Of a stretch of DNA of 64,000 nt, positions 1-13,575 are shown in pieces. This DNA comes from Geosiphon pyriformis uo1. Taxonomy: Eukaryota > Fungi > Glomeromycota. A program made the position numbers and the translations under genes. Below the pieces are notes generated by a model. The model saw only the letters and a program-made list of their open reading frames with translations. It did no database searches and was not told the origin of the DNA. The DNA is taken from contig JAAOMT010000129.1 of the NCBI GenBank assembly GCA_016748015.1, positions 1,097,206 to 1,161,205 of the forward strand, written 5' to 3'. Within the stretch, counting starts at the first letter, position 1, and each line of letters begins with the position of its first letter.

Positions 1-166
1 TAAAAGACTAAATAGATATTTTTCTCCTTATCTTATCGTTATTTCCAATTTAAATCAAAAATAATCACCTTTGTTGTAATACTAAAGTTTGTTTATTTAT
101 TAATCTCCCGCCAAGACTTCAATTTATTCTTATCGTTGTTATTGTCTATTATTTTTATTTTTATTC

Positions 167-192
167 TTGTTGTTGTTGTTGTTGTTGTTGTT
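167..192. repeat. (GTT)n microsatellite
   Basis: About 8 tandem TTG/GTT units read directly. Confidence 0.9.
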
Positions 193-299
193 TTTTCTTT
201 TCTTTTAATTTCATTATATCAACAGAATTTAAGGTAAAACGTCAACAAACTGCTATTAGTGATGATTTGAAATGACGAATTTGTGAATTTTCCAAAAAA

Positions 300-1100
300 A
301 ATTACCAAAAAAACATGCACCTAATGAGAAAGCTATAAGTTTATAGGTAGAAAATACAACCACAGCTCAAATAATTATTACTGAATCATTTATTAAAAAA
401 ACTACGGATTTTGCAAAAGCTTTTAATATTGAAAAAGAAAATATTGTTTTCTTAAATAGACGAATTGAAATTTGAAAAACACGAAAATTTTTGTATCTAT
501 CAAATACATGGTGAAGCAGCTAGTTATTTATTAGAAACACTATTACTAAAACAGCAAAAATTACAAAAACTTCTTTTTCGTTATACTCTTTATTGTATTT
601 ACAATGATGATGAAACCTGTTTATTTTATCGAATATCACATTAAGTTCTTTTCACAGCATTTATTTAGGGTAAAAGAAAAAGTACATTGTTTTATTAAAA
701 TATTAAATATATATTTTATTTTTAGTTTATATCAAATTTTTCAGAATTACAGTCTTATTGGGAGTCAATGCTACTAGAACTCACAAATTAAAGCCTTCGA
801 CAATTCAAAATTGACATGATAAAGATGTTTATGGCGTGTTAATTTAAATTTTTCTAATAGTTTATTACGCCAATTTTAAAGTTTAGATCCACAATAATTT
901 ATTTAAAGAATGGCTTCAAAATAAAAATTTATTATTTTGATTTGACAATATCACCGTCCGTTTTGATTCAAATTCCATTTATCTCATATTACAATTACTT
1001 TTTATTTAACAAATACAACAGCAAATTTATAACTTATGAATGCTGATAATATCAAAAGCTTTAAGAGTAAATATAAGGTTTTTTATTGTTAATATATAAT
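300..1100 (+). pseudogene. Decayed pogo/Tigger (CENP-B/DDE_1) transposase
   Basis: Manual translation gives IHGEAAS (~505-525), IYNDDETCLFYR (~597-635; cf. IYNADETGLFYR), RITVLLGVNATRTHKLKP (~743-797) and TTANL*LMNADNIKSFKSKYK (~1015-1077; cf. TT..LQP.D.GII..FK..Y). Stops and frameshifts are present. Confidence 0.8.
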
Positions 1101-2231
1101 TTGGCTTAATTAGAGATTGGCAAAAGATAATAAGCGAGTATTTTAATTTAATATTTATTTGAATATATTACTATTAAAATTCTTGAATTTAAGATATTAA
1201 ACATGCAATAAATTATATTGCTAATAGTTTGAAATGCATTAATCAAGATGTAATTGTTAATTATTGAAAAAATAATTAATTATAAGAACAATTGAAAACA
1301 ATAATATAATAATTGCTATTTAAATACAAAATTATATTAATTTATTAAATTATAAATATTTTTGTGTCCAATTTTTCAATTAAAGAAATATTAACTAATA
1401 ATTAAATTATTATATTGTTTAACAAGAAGACCAATATCAATTGAAAAAGATTCTGATGTATCAGATAATGTAAACATACCTCTACAAAATTACATTATTT
1501 AAGTACAACTAATGACATGTTTATTACTGTATAGAAAATTTTTAATGCCTTAATTTCTGATTTTGTATCAAAAAACATCAATTACAATAACAAGATATCA
1601 AGTATTTTATTATTTGAGTTTGTATGATGTTTATAATTTTATATAACTTTTATCAAAATTTGCAAAATCATTTTAGATTTTAGCTTTGTTTTTGCCTTTA
1701 ATTTGATATGTTATTTGTTAAAAAAAAAGAAACAAACGAATTATACAGTAAATGCCAATTTTTTATGTAAAAAATGTGGCCTAACTAATAATCTTGGTTT
1801 TGGCAATTGTGCGATGCACGCTTTTTAGAATAATTAATTTTATATTATATAAATTATGTATTAGCTACAAAAGTCACATATTTTAGCTATTCTATTTTTA
1901 AAATTAGCTGTTGACTTGATTATTAACCTAATTATTTATTAAATATCTAAACAAGCTTTTAGCAATTAAAGAATAACATTGTTATAAAATCACAATTATT
2001 TTTTTAATGTTTTCTTATTTTCAGATCAAAGTCTTTTTTTTTTTTTTTTAATTTATATTTGTTAAAATTAAGCTTTGAAAAGTTACACACACTTTAAACT
2101 TCTGTCAATTATTATTATTATTGATTATGTATTTTATTTCTTTGTACAATAAAATATATCACATAATGATTGACAATTTACTTGGTTACTGAACTTTTTG
2201 TTATAACGGACAACTAAGTTCAGAACCATGT

Positions 2232-2257
2232 ATTCTTTATAATGAGGTTCGACTGTA
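2232..2257 (-). repeat. pogo/Tigger-type terminal inverted repeat plus TA target site
   Basis: ctttataatgaggttcgactg-ta is the reverse complement of TA-CAGTCGAACCTCATTATAAAG, a typical pogo-type end. The partner TIR was not found in the window. Confidence 0.6.
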
Positions 2258-4881
2258 ATTATCTTTATAATAACGTTTTAATTTCTTTTTAAAACATTCA
2301 AGCTCTTTTTGCTGAAAAAATATTATACAAAATTCAATAAAATAATATAAATATTTTTGAAAGAACAATTAGCGTTAATTAAGAATATAATAAATACAAA
2401 TTTTAATTTATCAAAAATATCTTAAAATTCTCTAGCTAATTAATTTTTCGAAAAAACCATAATTAACTGATTTTAACAAATTGTACAATTATTTTCAAAA
2501 AACACGAAAAAAAGGTTTTTTAATATAAACTTTATGCAAATCAAAGATAAAACTAAAACAAAATATTCAAAATTCTAATAACCATATATGTTAGAACAAT
2601 TTAAAATTCATAAAAAATTTAAATTAAAAATCAAATAATTAATTCATTTTATGCTTTTAAACTTAAAAAATAATTTGCATTGAACATATTCATTAAGCTT
2701 GTTGAAAAAATTAAAAATAATTAAATAGTGCACTTGATACAAATAATTTTTTACCAATTTTTGGTTTCGTTTTACAAATGGTTGTTACATTTATTCAAAT
2801 TCAAGCAAATAATTAATTGAATAATTAATATACTAATATATTAAAAAATTTCTTATAAAAAATTCAAATAAATTACTAAAATTTATGATTTTCAAGATTT
2901 CAAAAAACACTATATATAAAATAGTATTAGACTGACAAAAAACTGGTATATTTAATTATAAAAAAAAGAAAAAAATTACTGCCAATATGTTGAAACAAAA
3001 ATAATTATATTTTACAGTTTACAACACATAATAACTAAATATATAGCAAAAAGTAAATTATAATTGCAAAAAAACTGGTAAATTATAATTTGAACAATAC
3101 TTTTTTCATTAACAAAACAGTTTTTTGATTTTTTTAAATAAATAAAGCGGTAGTAAAAAATGAGTAAAACTTTTCAGTTTTAATAATATATTTTTCAAAA
3201 TATATATTAGATAATTTAATTGAATCAATAAAAAGAAATGTAAATTAATCATAGATAAAAAACTTCATTTTTGATTTTTTTTATCTATTAAATAAACTTA
3301 ATTTTCAAATAATTATTAATGCATAGAAATGAGAATTGTAATTTCAGATAATTTTACAACATATTAGATTTAGTTCTTAAATATAAAATTTAATAAAACC
3401 ATTTTTATTGTAAAATAGTAATCAAAATGTGATACTTTTAATAAACAAAAAACCAAGTGAAAAAGTCAATTTAAATAAATTAAGTAAAGCTTTTTACATT
3501 AATATATTAGATTTATTATTAAACATAAAAATATAAAAAAACTTTTGTGCTAACACATGAAAAAGAATTATAAAAATAATTTAAATTTCAAAAAAATAAC
3601 AACATAATAAAATTACATTTATTAAAAGAATATTACAACAGATATTAAGAGCATAAAGTAGAAGATATAAATCTAAAAGTTTATTTTTTATTTTGTTATT
3701 TGTATAATCATTAACTTGTAATTAAACTTACTTTTGATTTTTATAATTGAATATTGTAAAAACAAATATTGAAGTAACAATCAAAATTCATAATTTTTAC
3801 ATTCGTGAATTAGAAATTTACTTTCAATTTATCATATAAAATTTATTAAATTTAATTGATTAGTTTAAGAATTAAATAAAAATATTGGTTATATTATCAT
3901 TTAACTTAGATACTTTATAAAATATTCCAATGAAAAATTCATTATTTAAAGAAAATTGCAATTTATGTTGATTTTTTGACATGTCATTTTGAACTCAAAT
4001 AATTTTCTCTTGAGAAAACTTTAGAAAAAGCGAATGGTCTGAAAAGTTGTTAAGACTCGTAATCTGTTGAAATGAAGGATGCAAAGCTCTTAAAGAAAAT
4101 TTTTCTGTTTTTACTTGATAATAACAAAGTCAGATTTTTCTTTTAGCAAAATTTTTTAATTATTATTATTACCTATTCATATGTGAAAAACATAGAAATG
4201 AAAATTTCATTTTTTTTCAAAGTTACAATTTCTTTTTATATTATTATGAATACATCTTACTTTGATTTTTTTGAATTAACTTTTGCTTTTTTCTAATTTA
4301 TAAGTAATTTTGTTAAAAATTCAAATCAATAATAGATAAAAATAGGAAATTAAAAGGAGGTATTAATAAAACTTTTTATGCAAAATAGAACAATAAAAAA
4401 TTGATTTTAATAATAAAAATGCTTATTCTTAAAACATAACGTCGAAAATGTTTTATTTTAAAATAAAAGTCTTTTTAATATTTAGAAAATTCGAAATAGA
4501 AAATATCCGAAAAAACTATTTTAACTATAAAAAGCCATCAAGTTCACTTATTCACCTATTAATAGAATATAGTTTTAATATGTAAATGATAACACTTGTA
4601 ATTTATAATGAACACATTATGCAAGCAACAGGGGTTTTATAATTAAATAATATGAGATAATGGGGAAACTCATTTGGTATCTTTTTTGTGTTCTATAACC
4701 AGGTTAATCTATTCTTAAAGGGGATATATTATTCTGTTAATTGATAGATTAAATTCTGTGAATTAGAGAAACAACATAAATACGGACTCCGTCTTTAAGA
4801 AATTAATTTATAAACATAATATCAAATAAAGCTTTAAAAAAACTTCTTTGAATAATAAATTTTTTACACATTTTATTCACT

Positions 4882-6429
4882 ATGGGGAATCTTCAAACTA
4901 AAAAAACCCGCTCAAAAGCTCTTTTTAAAAAAACTCCTTCATATGCTCATAATTGTAACAACTGTGAAAACTGTCAAAAGAACATTCAAAACAATAAGGG
5001 AAATGAATGTGGTGCATGCCAGTTCATATTTTTTGAAAATTTTTACAAAAACTTTTCAAGTGGCGATAAAGTGGTTGACGAACTAATAAAGAATCCAATC
5101 TATTTTCCACCAACTGAATATTCTTATAGTAAAGTTAATTATTATGAATGGATTCCATGGGAGCATTTATCGAATATCATTGAAATTGCTAGAGGAGGAT
5201 TCGGTATAATTTATAAATCAACCCTAATTAATGGATTAATTAATGTAGAAAGTATAAAACATCATGGTTCAATGGAATATGAAAGAAAGGGATTAGGGAT
5301 GGAAGTTGCTATAAAAATTATAAAGAACAGTTCAGAAGTATTTAAAGAGGTAAAGAAACTATTTATATTTATATTTATATTTATATTTAATTAATTCATA
5401 TTTGCCTATAATTTATTTACTATATGTTATCCCATTTATGTATTTATATATTAATTTATTTATTTATTTATTTTACACTGTTGATAGTTAAATATTCAAA
5501 GAGTTATGTTTAGCAAGAATGGGGACCTATTCTTTATCTCTTCATTTTATGGGATTACGCAAAACGTTGAAACGCTCGAGTATGGAATTGTGATGGAGTT
5601 TGCCAAATATGGAGATATGCGAAAATATTTATCAACAAATTTTCATTCTAAAAGTTGGAAAGATAAATTAATTATCGTGTTGTCTTTAGTTGAAGGACTT
5701 AAAAATATTCATTCTTCTGGTATGATTCATTGTGACCTACACTCGGGAAATATCCTACAATTAAGTACTTATAATGTAAATATTGGAGACCTCGGATTAT
5801 CTCAACCTACAAACAATGAAGCAACAACAACAACAAAGGAAAAAAAGATATTTGGAGTGATTCCATATATTCCACCAGAAGTTTTAAGAGGAGAAAATTT
5901 TACAAAAAAGGGTGACATTTATAGTTTTAGCATGTTATTATGGGAATTAGCAACAGGAAAGCCTCCATTTCATGATCTTCCTCATGATCATATTCTTATA
6001 ATGGCTATTTTAAATGGTCAAAGACCTAAGATTACTTCCCCACTTATTCCACCTTGTATTGCTGAAATAATTGTAAAGTGTTGGGATCCTAATCCTAAGA
6101 ATCGTCCTACTACTGAAGAAATTGAAGAGAATTTGTTGGAAATTTGGGGTATGTATGAGCAGTTTAGAGCTAAGAAATCTAGAGATGAGACGTCTACAGA
6201 TCAGAATTTTACAAATGAGAAGTCTACAGGTAAAGTGTCAATCATAGATGAGTCTAAAACTGTAGGTCTCCAGTTTTTAGAATCAGAGAAATACGTAAAA
6301 GAAATGGTAGAGAATGACTCGACAACAAGTTATTCAACAGCGATAACGACCATTCATCCAGGAGCAATTTATACAAGTCGTCTTTTGACTTTGCAAATGG
6401 TTGATTTTTCTGAAGGTTGGTTTATCTAA
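4882..6429 (+). CDS. Tyrosine-kinase-like (TKL) protein kinase with Cys-rich N-terminus; exon 1 4882-5349, GT-AG intron 5350-5487, exon 2 from 5488 (possible extra 3' micro-exons to 6624)
   Basis: Motifs ARGGFG, VAIK, HCDLHSGNIL, GDLGL, GVIPYIPPE and DIYSFSMLLWE are all present. The phase-0 intron joins VFKE to LNIQRVMFSK in frame. N-terminal CNNCENC..CGAC and the C-terminal HPGAIYTSR are typical of the expanded Glomeromycotina kinases. Confidence 0.93.
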
Positions 6430-6635
6430 TTTAGTAGAGTTTTTATATTTGATTAATTCTTTGATTTAATGATTATACATTAAAAATTCATCATAATTTA
6501 CTTTACCTTTTAAAAGAATTAATCTATTTGCCTAAATGGTAAGAAATTACATCTATCATTAATCATTAATAAAATTTATCCTCTTGTTTAACACTTATTT
6601 ATTTTACTATGTAAACTCTATAGAATGAAATTGGA

Positions 6636-6668
<33 letters not shown>

Positions 6669-9559
6669 TTGATTAATTGATCTTTTAATAAGCGATATAT
6701 TATAAATAGCTTTTGTTGTATTTCAAAATTTAAGTTATTTTAGTTAGAATGTTTATTAGAACCATTTTAATATGTTAAAATATATACTTTTATTAAGAAT
6801 ATTCAAACAAATAGTGATAATTTAAAAATAGTTTATCCTCAGAAGAACCTATAATAAAAAAGTTTAATTATGAAAAGCAATTCAAATTTAAATTAATAAT
6901 TAAACAAATCAATTTAAAAAATTTCACTATTAAATTTAAATCAAGTTTATTTTTGATCATATTTTAAAAAAAAATTTAAAATTTGATTAATCCATAAAAA
7001 TTTTTTTAAAAATAATCAATCAATTAAACTTTTGATTATAAATTTAATAAACAAAAAAAATATTATATTATCCAATTATAATTTTTAAAATATTGTATTA
7101 ATTATTTTACAAAGCATTATTATTTAGTAATTCATAAAAATTATTATTGTATTTTTTAAATCTCATTATATTATTCTAGTAATTTTGACACAACTTTTGT
7201 ATTACATTATAAATTATTAAAAAATTTTTAATATCTTAAAATTTGTTGTAAATTTTTAATTATTATAATTGTATCATAGATATACCAATGAAAATGCATT
7301 TGTATATTGAAAAAAGAATTACTTTGATATTTATGTATTAATATATTAAACATATTTTTCTCATTAATTCTTTCCCTTACATAGATTCCAATCAATTTAC
7401 TCTTTTTCTATTTTAAAATATCGCTTCATTTTTAAATCTTTTGGGGTTTATATATATAAAAACTCATCTGTAATGAATTTGATTTCATTTTCGGTCATAC
7501 CATTTCTAATTCTCAATTTGGGTCCATCTTGTTTTATTAAATGAAAAGATTTTTCTGCTTTTTCCATTCTAAATTTTTAACTTACTTAAATATAAATATT
7601 CAATCAGAACAACAATTTTCAAAAAAGATAGATCTTTTAAAAGTTCAAAAAAGTCCAAAAAAATATGTTTGTAATTTTTATTGGAAAATAAATTATACAA
7701 TTCTATATAAAATTAACAATAGTAAATGATAAGTAAATATTTCAAAAGTAATTTACATGTTATTAAAACAATAAATAAAGATTTTAAATTGCGAATTATA
7801 TTGATTTTTTTCATTTGGTACTTGAAAATTTCTTGATCTTCGAACTACCAGACTTATATATATTTCTGTATCAATTTTTGGAACTGATTTTTTAATGAAA
7901 TCTTAAGTTAAAATCTTAATCTCAGATAAAAACAGTTACAAATAGGTACAATACAGAAATAAAAATTTAATAAATACATCAACTAATTAATATTTCACTT
8001 TTCCAAAGCATTATTATACCTTTATTTGAAAATTTAATACCTTCTTTAAAAATTTGAAATATTTGATTTTATTAAAAACAAATTTAATTAGACTGTCCAC
8101 TATCATTCATTATATTGTTTCATACCAATATTTTTTAATTTACTTATATTATAATTGGATTAGTAATGGTTATTTTGATAAAGTATTTTGTATAAACAAT
8201 CTTTTTGGCAAAAGAAAAATTTTTTTTACTCTTTTGTATGGTGGTCAATTAAATAGTAATTAATAGGGTTTCTAAAGTGACCAATAAATACCTTCAAGAT
8301 TGTAATAATTCTTGTTTCTCGAAAAATAGTTGTAATTCTTTCTGTTCAGAAAAAATGTATGAATTTATTTTGATCGAAATACTTTTAAGCAAACTAAACA
8401 GGTTTATTTAAAATTTATGTACAAAAAATTGTTAATGAATATAATAATTTAATATTAAATGCTTTAAAAACAATATTTATAATCTTTGAATATTCAATAA
8501 ATTCTTGAAATTGAAAGACAAACATGAAAAAATTGATCGAGTTTCTTTGATAAAAACACAATATAAAAACTTTGAAATATTAATTTAATTTAAGGTATTT
8601 TAGAATTTTAAAACAGTAAATAATTGAAAAGTGTTCAGATGCTTTTTTAAATCCGTGAAATAATAACTGTACCGATTATACTGTTATATATTTATGCAGA
8701 ATAAATATAAATAATAAATAAAAACCTTTGAGTGCACAAAAAAAATTACTATTTTTTTAAAATAAACAATAATTAATTTTGCTGTTATAAATTTTTAATT
8801 TTAATTAGTATGAAATTTTAAACTAAATACTAATTTTGCAAACATATTCTGTAACTATTTTTTCTAAAAAGATAAATTTAGTTTTATTATTTAAATTTAA
8901 AAGTTTTTACTATTCCGCAAATTTTTACTTTAAATGTTTCATAGTTTATTAAGTTTAAATTAACACAAATTGCAAATAAAAAATTAATTTTTCTTATTTT
9001 AATTAACTTAATTTTGTTTTGTATTCTCAAGATCAACAATTTATAATTCATTTAAAATTAAGACAAATAGGTTGTAATTTGTCTAATTACATTAAGTAAT
9101 AATGCATACACAGCTAAAAATATTTTTATACAAACATTCAACAATGTTTTTTTAATTTGATAAAAAACTTTTATATATTAATGCTATTATAAATTTCAAA
9201 ACTTTAATTATTTGGTTTTTAATTGCAAAGCTTTTTTTTCTAGTTTACTAAAGTTTTCTTTCAAGTTTTTTGTTATACTTAAAATTTCTGTAAATTAAAC
9301 CTATTTATATACTAAAATTTTCTAAATCAATGTCAATTTTAATTAAACCAATTGGTTAATAATAATAATTAACTAATATTAAAACTGAATAATTAAATAA
9401 TAAATTTTAAGAAGTTAAATATTTTTCTGATCTTTTTGAAATCTAATTTTTTATTATCATGAATTCCAAAATATTAATTATAAATTTCGCTAATAAAATT
9501 CTAAATTTTTTATATAAAGTTAAGTAAATATTAAAAATAATTAAAAGCATTCAAGTTGT

Positions 9560-9670
9560 TTTAAAAAGTTTTTTCAAAAAGAACATTCTTGAAGATTTAA
9601 AGTGATCAACCAATAATTCCAACTTAAATTCTATTGAAAACTTTAAAGATATTATTAAAAAATGTAAAAA
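9560..9670 (+). pseudogene. Tc1/mariner (DDE_3) transposase remnant
   Basis: Translates as LK*STNNSNLNSIENFKDIIKK, a C>T/G>A-decayed form of the WPxxSPDLNPIENxWxxxK motif. Extent unknown. Confidence 0.55.
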
Positions 9671-10199
9671 AAAAGATTGCTTAAAAGTCTCAAAAAATTA
9701 AAGTAATATATACAGAAAAAATGAATAATTTAATAAAATAAAATTGTAATTAAAGCCAATAATAATAAAAAATTTTCTATATATATTCAAATAAAAACTC
9801 TGATTTTTGGTTTTTTAATAAATTGTTTTTTATGTATTGGTTAATATATAATAACAGTTTTAATTATTCTAAAAATTTTATTTTTTATATATAATTAATT
9901 TTGTCAATATTTTTTATTTATATTATAATTATTATAAATTAAAGTAAACAAAAAAATACTTTTTTTTTATTTATTCCAAAGCCCAAAAAAGAGAAAAAGC
10001 TTTTTAATAAGTTTTTTTGTTTTTATTTGTTTATATATTTACTTTATTTTATTTTCTAATTTTTTTGTTTAAATTTGGCAATTGTTTACAGTTTTGGTTT
10101 AAATATGTCTAATAAAAAATTGGCAAAAGTACTAGTTTTAGTTTTAAGAAAATATTGCAAAAAATAAAGTAAAAAAGCCTAAAAAAATTAAAAAAATTA

Positions 10200-12400
10200 A
10201 ATATTAATAGCAGTATAATTTTAAATAAGTCTGTAATTTAATAATAAACACAATATTGTAAATAAAAATAAAATAAATAAAACTAATATTAAAAATATAA
10301 ACAAAAAATATGTTAATAGCTCTAAAAAAAATTAATTAAAAATATATTAATAATTTTTTTTAATATATTAAACTATAATATATTTAATAATAATAAAAAA
10401 ATAATTGTAAACTTACTTTTTTTTATTAAAACAGATACTTTTATTAATTCTGTCTTTTTTATTCAAGAAAAAATGTGTTTTTTATTAAAAAAATATTTTA
10501 TTTTAGATATTAATTTATTAATTATAAAAAAATTACAAATAGTAAAAAATTTATTTATATTAATGATTTGTTTTAAAAAAATTTTATTTTTAAAAATTTC
10601 AAAAAATATCAAATCAACATTTAGTTTTAAATTAAATTTAACTGTAAAAAATTTTTAATTATAAAAAAATCTGGTTTTAAATATTAATTTTCGATATATA
10701 AATATTTGTTCAGATTAAAAATAAAATTTATAATAATTACTATTTTAATATAATAATTAAAAATAAAATTTACTTAATTAAGCCAAATTAATTATATTGC
10801 TCTTATATAATTTATGCTTATTAAAAAAAAATTGTACATATAATAAAAATCAACATAAACACAAATACACATAATTTTAAACATATTTTTGCTTTTATAA
10901 ATAAAAAACTTGTATTTTTAATTAAGATTTTATTATTTATATTAAGTTTAAATGTGTTATAATTTGTTTTAAATTAAAAAAATATTGGTAAAAATCATAA
11001 ATAAAATGCAAATTTCAAAGAATTTAAATACAGTTTTAATATAAATTAAACTTATTTTTTCTAAATTATATTGTTTTAAAATATAATTCTGTTAAAATAC
11101 TCTTTTTATGATCTAAAAAAATTTTGTATAATAATGCTAAGTTAGATTTTATGTATATTTATATCAAGAAAGTTATTTTTATTAATTGTTTTGTAATTTT
11201 TAATAATAAATCTTAAACATATATAATAAGCAAAAAATTTGAATAATAATAATTTTGCTTTTAATTTATTTTTTTTAAGTTTATATTTTTTTTTGGTTTA
11301 AAATAATTTAAATTTGAAAATAAGTTGTTAGTTAAATAAGTTATTAATTAATTAAATTAATATTTAAGTTAAAAATTTTTTTTGGTAAATAACTAATTAG
11401 CTATAATTTTAATTTTTTTTTGATTAAATTTTTTAAAAGATAAAATATTAATTAATATTGATTTTTGTTTAAAAAAAATTAAAAAACTTTTAAATATATT
11501 TTAAATTTATATATAATTAAAATTTTAATGAATAATAAGTTAAGTTTGTTTTTTGTTATAGTTTTATAAATAATTTAATTAAAAAAATAGTTTTGTGTAA
11601 TATAAAAAATATAAACAATTTTACAAAACAGAATAATATAATAAAATAACACAAAAATATAGATATTTTAATTTAATTATTAAAGAAATTAAGCTTAAAA
11701 AATACTAAATTTTAACCTAAAAATAATATAAAAATATTAAAATTTTTGTTTTAAAAAACATAAACTATTTAAGTTTAAATATTATTATAATTATTAATAT
11801 TTATACAAAATAAAAAATACTTTTAAGCATTTTTAAATTTTTAAATTATTGTATAAAAACTTATTTTTTGTTTTTGTTGTTAAATTTTATGTAAAAACTT
11901 AATTTAAAAATATTTTTACAAACTATAATATAATTATTAAAACATTAAATAAAAGTTTTTTTATTGTTTTAAATAATAATTTTAATAAAAATAAAATTAA
12001 ACACAATATTAACTTAAATATATATAAAAATAAAAGTTTTTATAATATTTTACTTAATAAAAAAATTGTTAAATATCTAATATAAAATAATTTTAAAAAT
12101 TTTTTTAAGACTTTAAATTTATTTTAATTAATAAAATTTTGTATAAAATTATAATAAATAAAAATATATTTGATATTTGCCAGTTTTTTAATATAAATTA
12201 TATAACTGTTTCAGTTTTTTTGGTTTAAATAATATTATAAATAAAATAAACAAAAAATTACAATTTATATAAAATTAGTATTAAAATCAAATAAAAAAAG
12301 TTTATATTATTAAATTTAATTCAATAATATTAAAAATAAGCATTTAATAATTAATTTAATTATAATAAAAATAAACAATTTTATATATTAATAAAAATAA
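10200..12400 (+). mobile_element. Extremely decayed LINE 5' half (ORF1 + APE endonuclease)
   Basis: Residual motifs: KKYFILDINL (cf. RKLFALNINL in the LINE at 14.5 kb), FIVLNNNFN (cf. APE 'GGDFN') near 11960, and FFNINYITVSV (cf. 'FxTDHxxVSV') near 12190. Almost no G/C remains. Confidence 0.5.
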
Positions 12401-12444
12401 TTAAAAGATAATTTAACTTAATAAACAAATTAAATTAATAAAAA

Positions 12445-12680
12445 TTTTATATATAAGATTGATTTTATAAATATTATAGTTGTTATTTTTTCTAAAAAAT
12501 AACAAAAAAATTTAAAAATCTAAAAATAATACAATAATATAATTATATATCTAAAATTAATATTTAAAATTTAATATTAAGTATTAATATTTTTAATAAA
12601 TATTTATTTAATATATTTCACAAAAATTTATAATTATACAAATTAAAAATAATAATAATAATAATAATAATAAAACAAAA
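12445..12680 (+). repeat. ~240-bp repeat with (AAT)n tail; inverted homolog at ~39760-40010
   Basis: Shares blocks such as taacaaaaaaatttaaaaatctaaaaata, aaaatttaatattaa, taaatatttatttaatata and ttatacaaattaaa(aat)n with the reverse complement of 39760-40010. Confidence 0.65.
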
Positions 12681-12779
12681 AATTTAATATTATTGTTTGT
12701 TTAAATAATATCTTTTTATAGTTTTAAAAAATTTTGTTTGTATATTATTAAAAAAAATTGATTTATATATAACTATTAG

Positions 12780-13575
12780 TTTTATTGGTAGAGTTACTGC
12801 TAATACTTGCACATATTTTATGAAAGCTTTGTATCATTAACTGTCTGTAACTATTCATAAGCACCTGTATAACAAGCATTATTTTAGTGTATTATGCTTA
12901 TATTATGGTAGAATTAAGATCTCAGATCATGTTTTTTCTTGTATGATTGATAATTCTGTTTGCCATCAATTATTAGATATCTATACTGTTGCTTGGGGTG
13001 CTTTCTGGTTGTTATTGTTCCTTTTTTTGTGTATCTTAGTTGATGTTCTTTTATAAGTCTAATAATACAGTATATACAGCTTTTTATAAAGACTTTGTCT
13101 TTAATAGGTGGTTTTGAAAGACAGTTTCTGTCTTTGAAGGTTCAAAAATCGCATGTTAAACAATTGTAAACTTTATGTATAGTTTTTGTCTTGCTTTTAA
13201 AGATAAAATTTAGTTGGTTTATATTAGGCATCATGCTTTTATAAAGAAAAATAGGCTGATACTATGTAATAAATTGGTTCTTGCTTTAGTTTTTGAGATA
13301 TTTTTGGTGCTCTCTGTTAATCTGGTCAAGTTGTTCAGTATTGTTAAGATGTTTGGTATTAGTTTTGGTTTGTATCAGTTTTGTTTGTTTTTTTTAAACA
13401 CTGGTAATCCAGTTTCAGTTTATATAGATGCTTAGTGTTGTTTTAATCAGCTTGAATTGCTGATTACATGTAGAAAAAAGATGATTTATATCTAGTTTAG
13501 ATTAGTTACTTAATATATTGTACTAAACAGTGTTTAAATCTTACTCATTAAAATAAAAAATAAAAAAAAAAATAA
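12780..13575 (+). mobile_element. 5'-truncated LINE 3' end (ORF2 C-terminal Zn finger, 3' UTR, A-rich tail)
   Basis: LCLYYGRIKISDHVFSC (C-terminal Zn finger), the ORF end ...GNPVSVYIDA*, a 3' UTR homologous to 39140-39285 and 46830-46960, then a poly(A)-rich tail. Confidence 0.8.

Noticed and set aside
1744-1760. TA-CAGTAAATGCC, a possible left TIR
   Set aside because: It does not match the TIR at 2232-2255 and no partner was found.
7250-8400. Coding-like minus-strand patches (e.g. QDGPKLRIRNGMTENEIKFITDE)
   Set aside because: Short, interrupted by stops, and no family was recognised.
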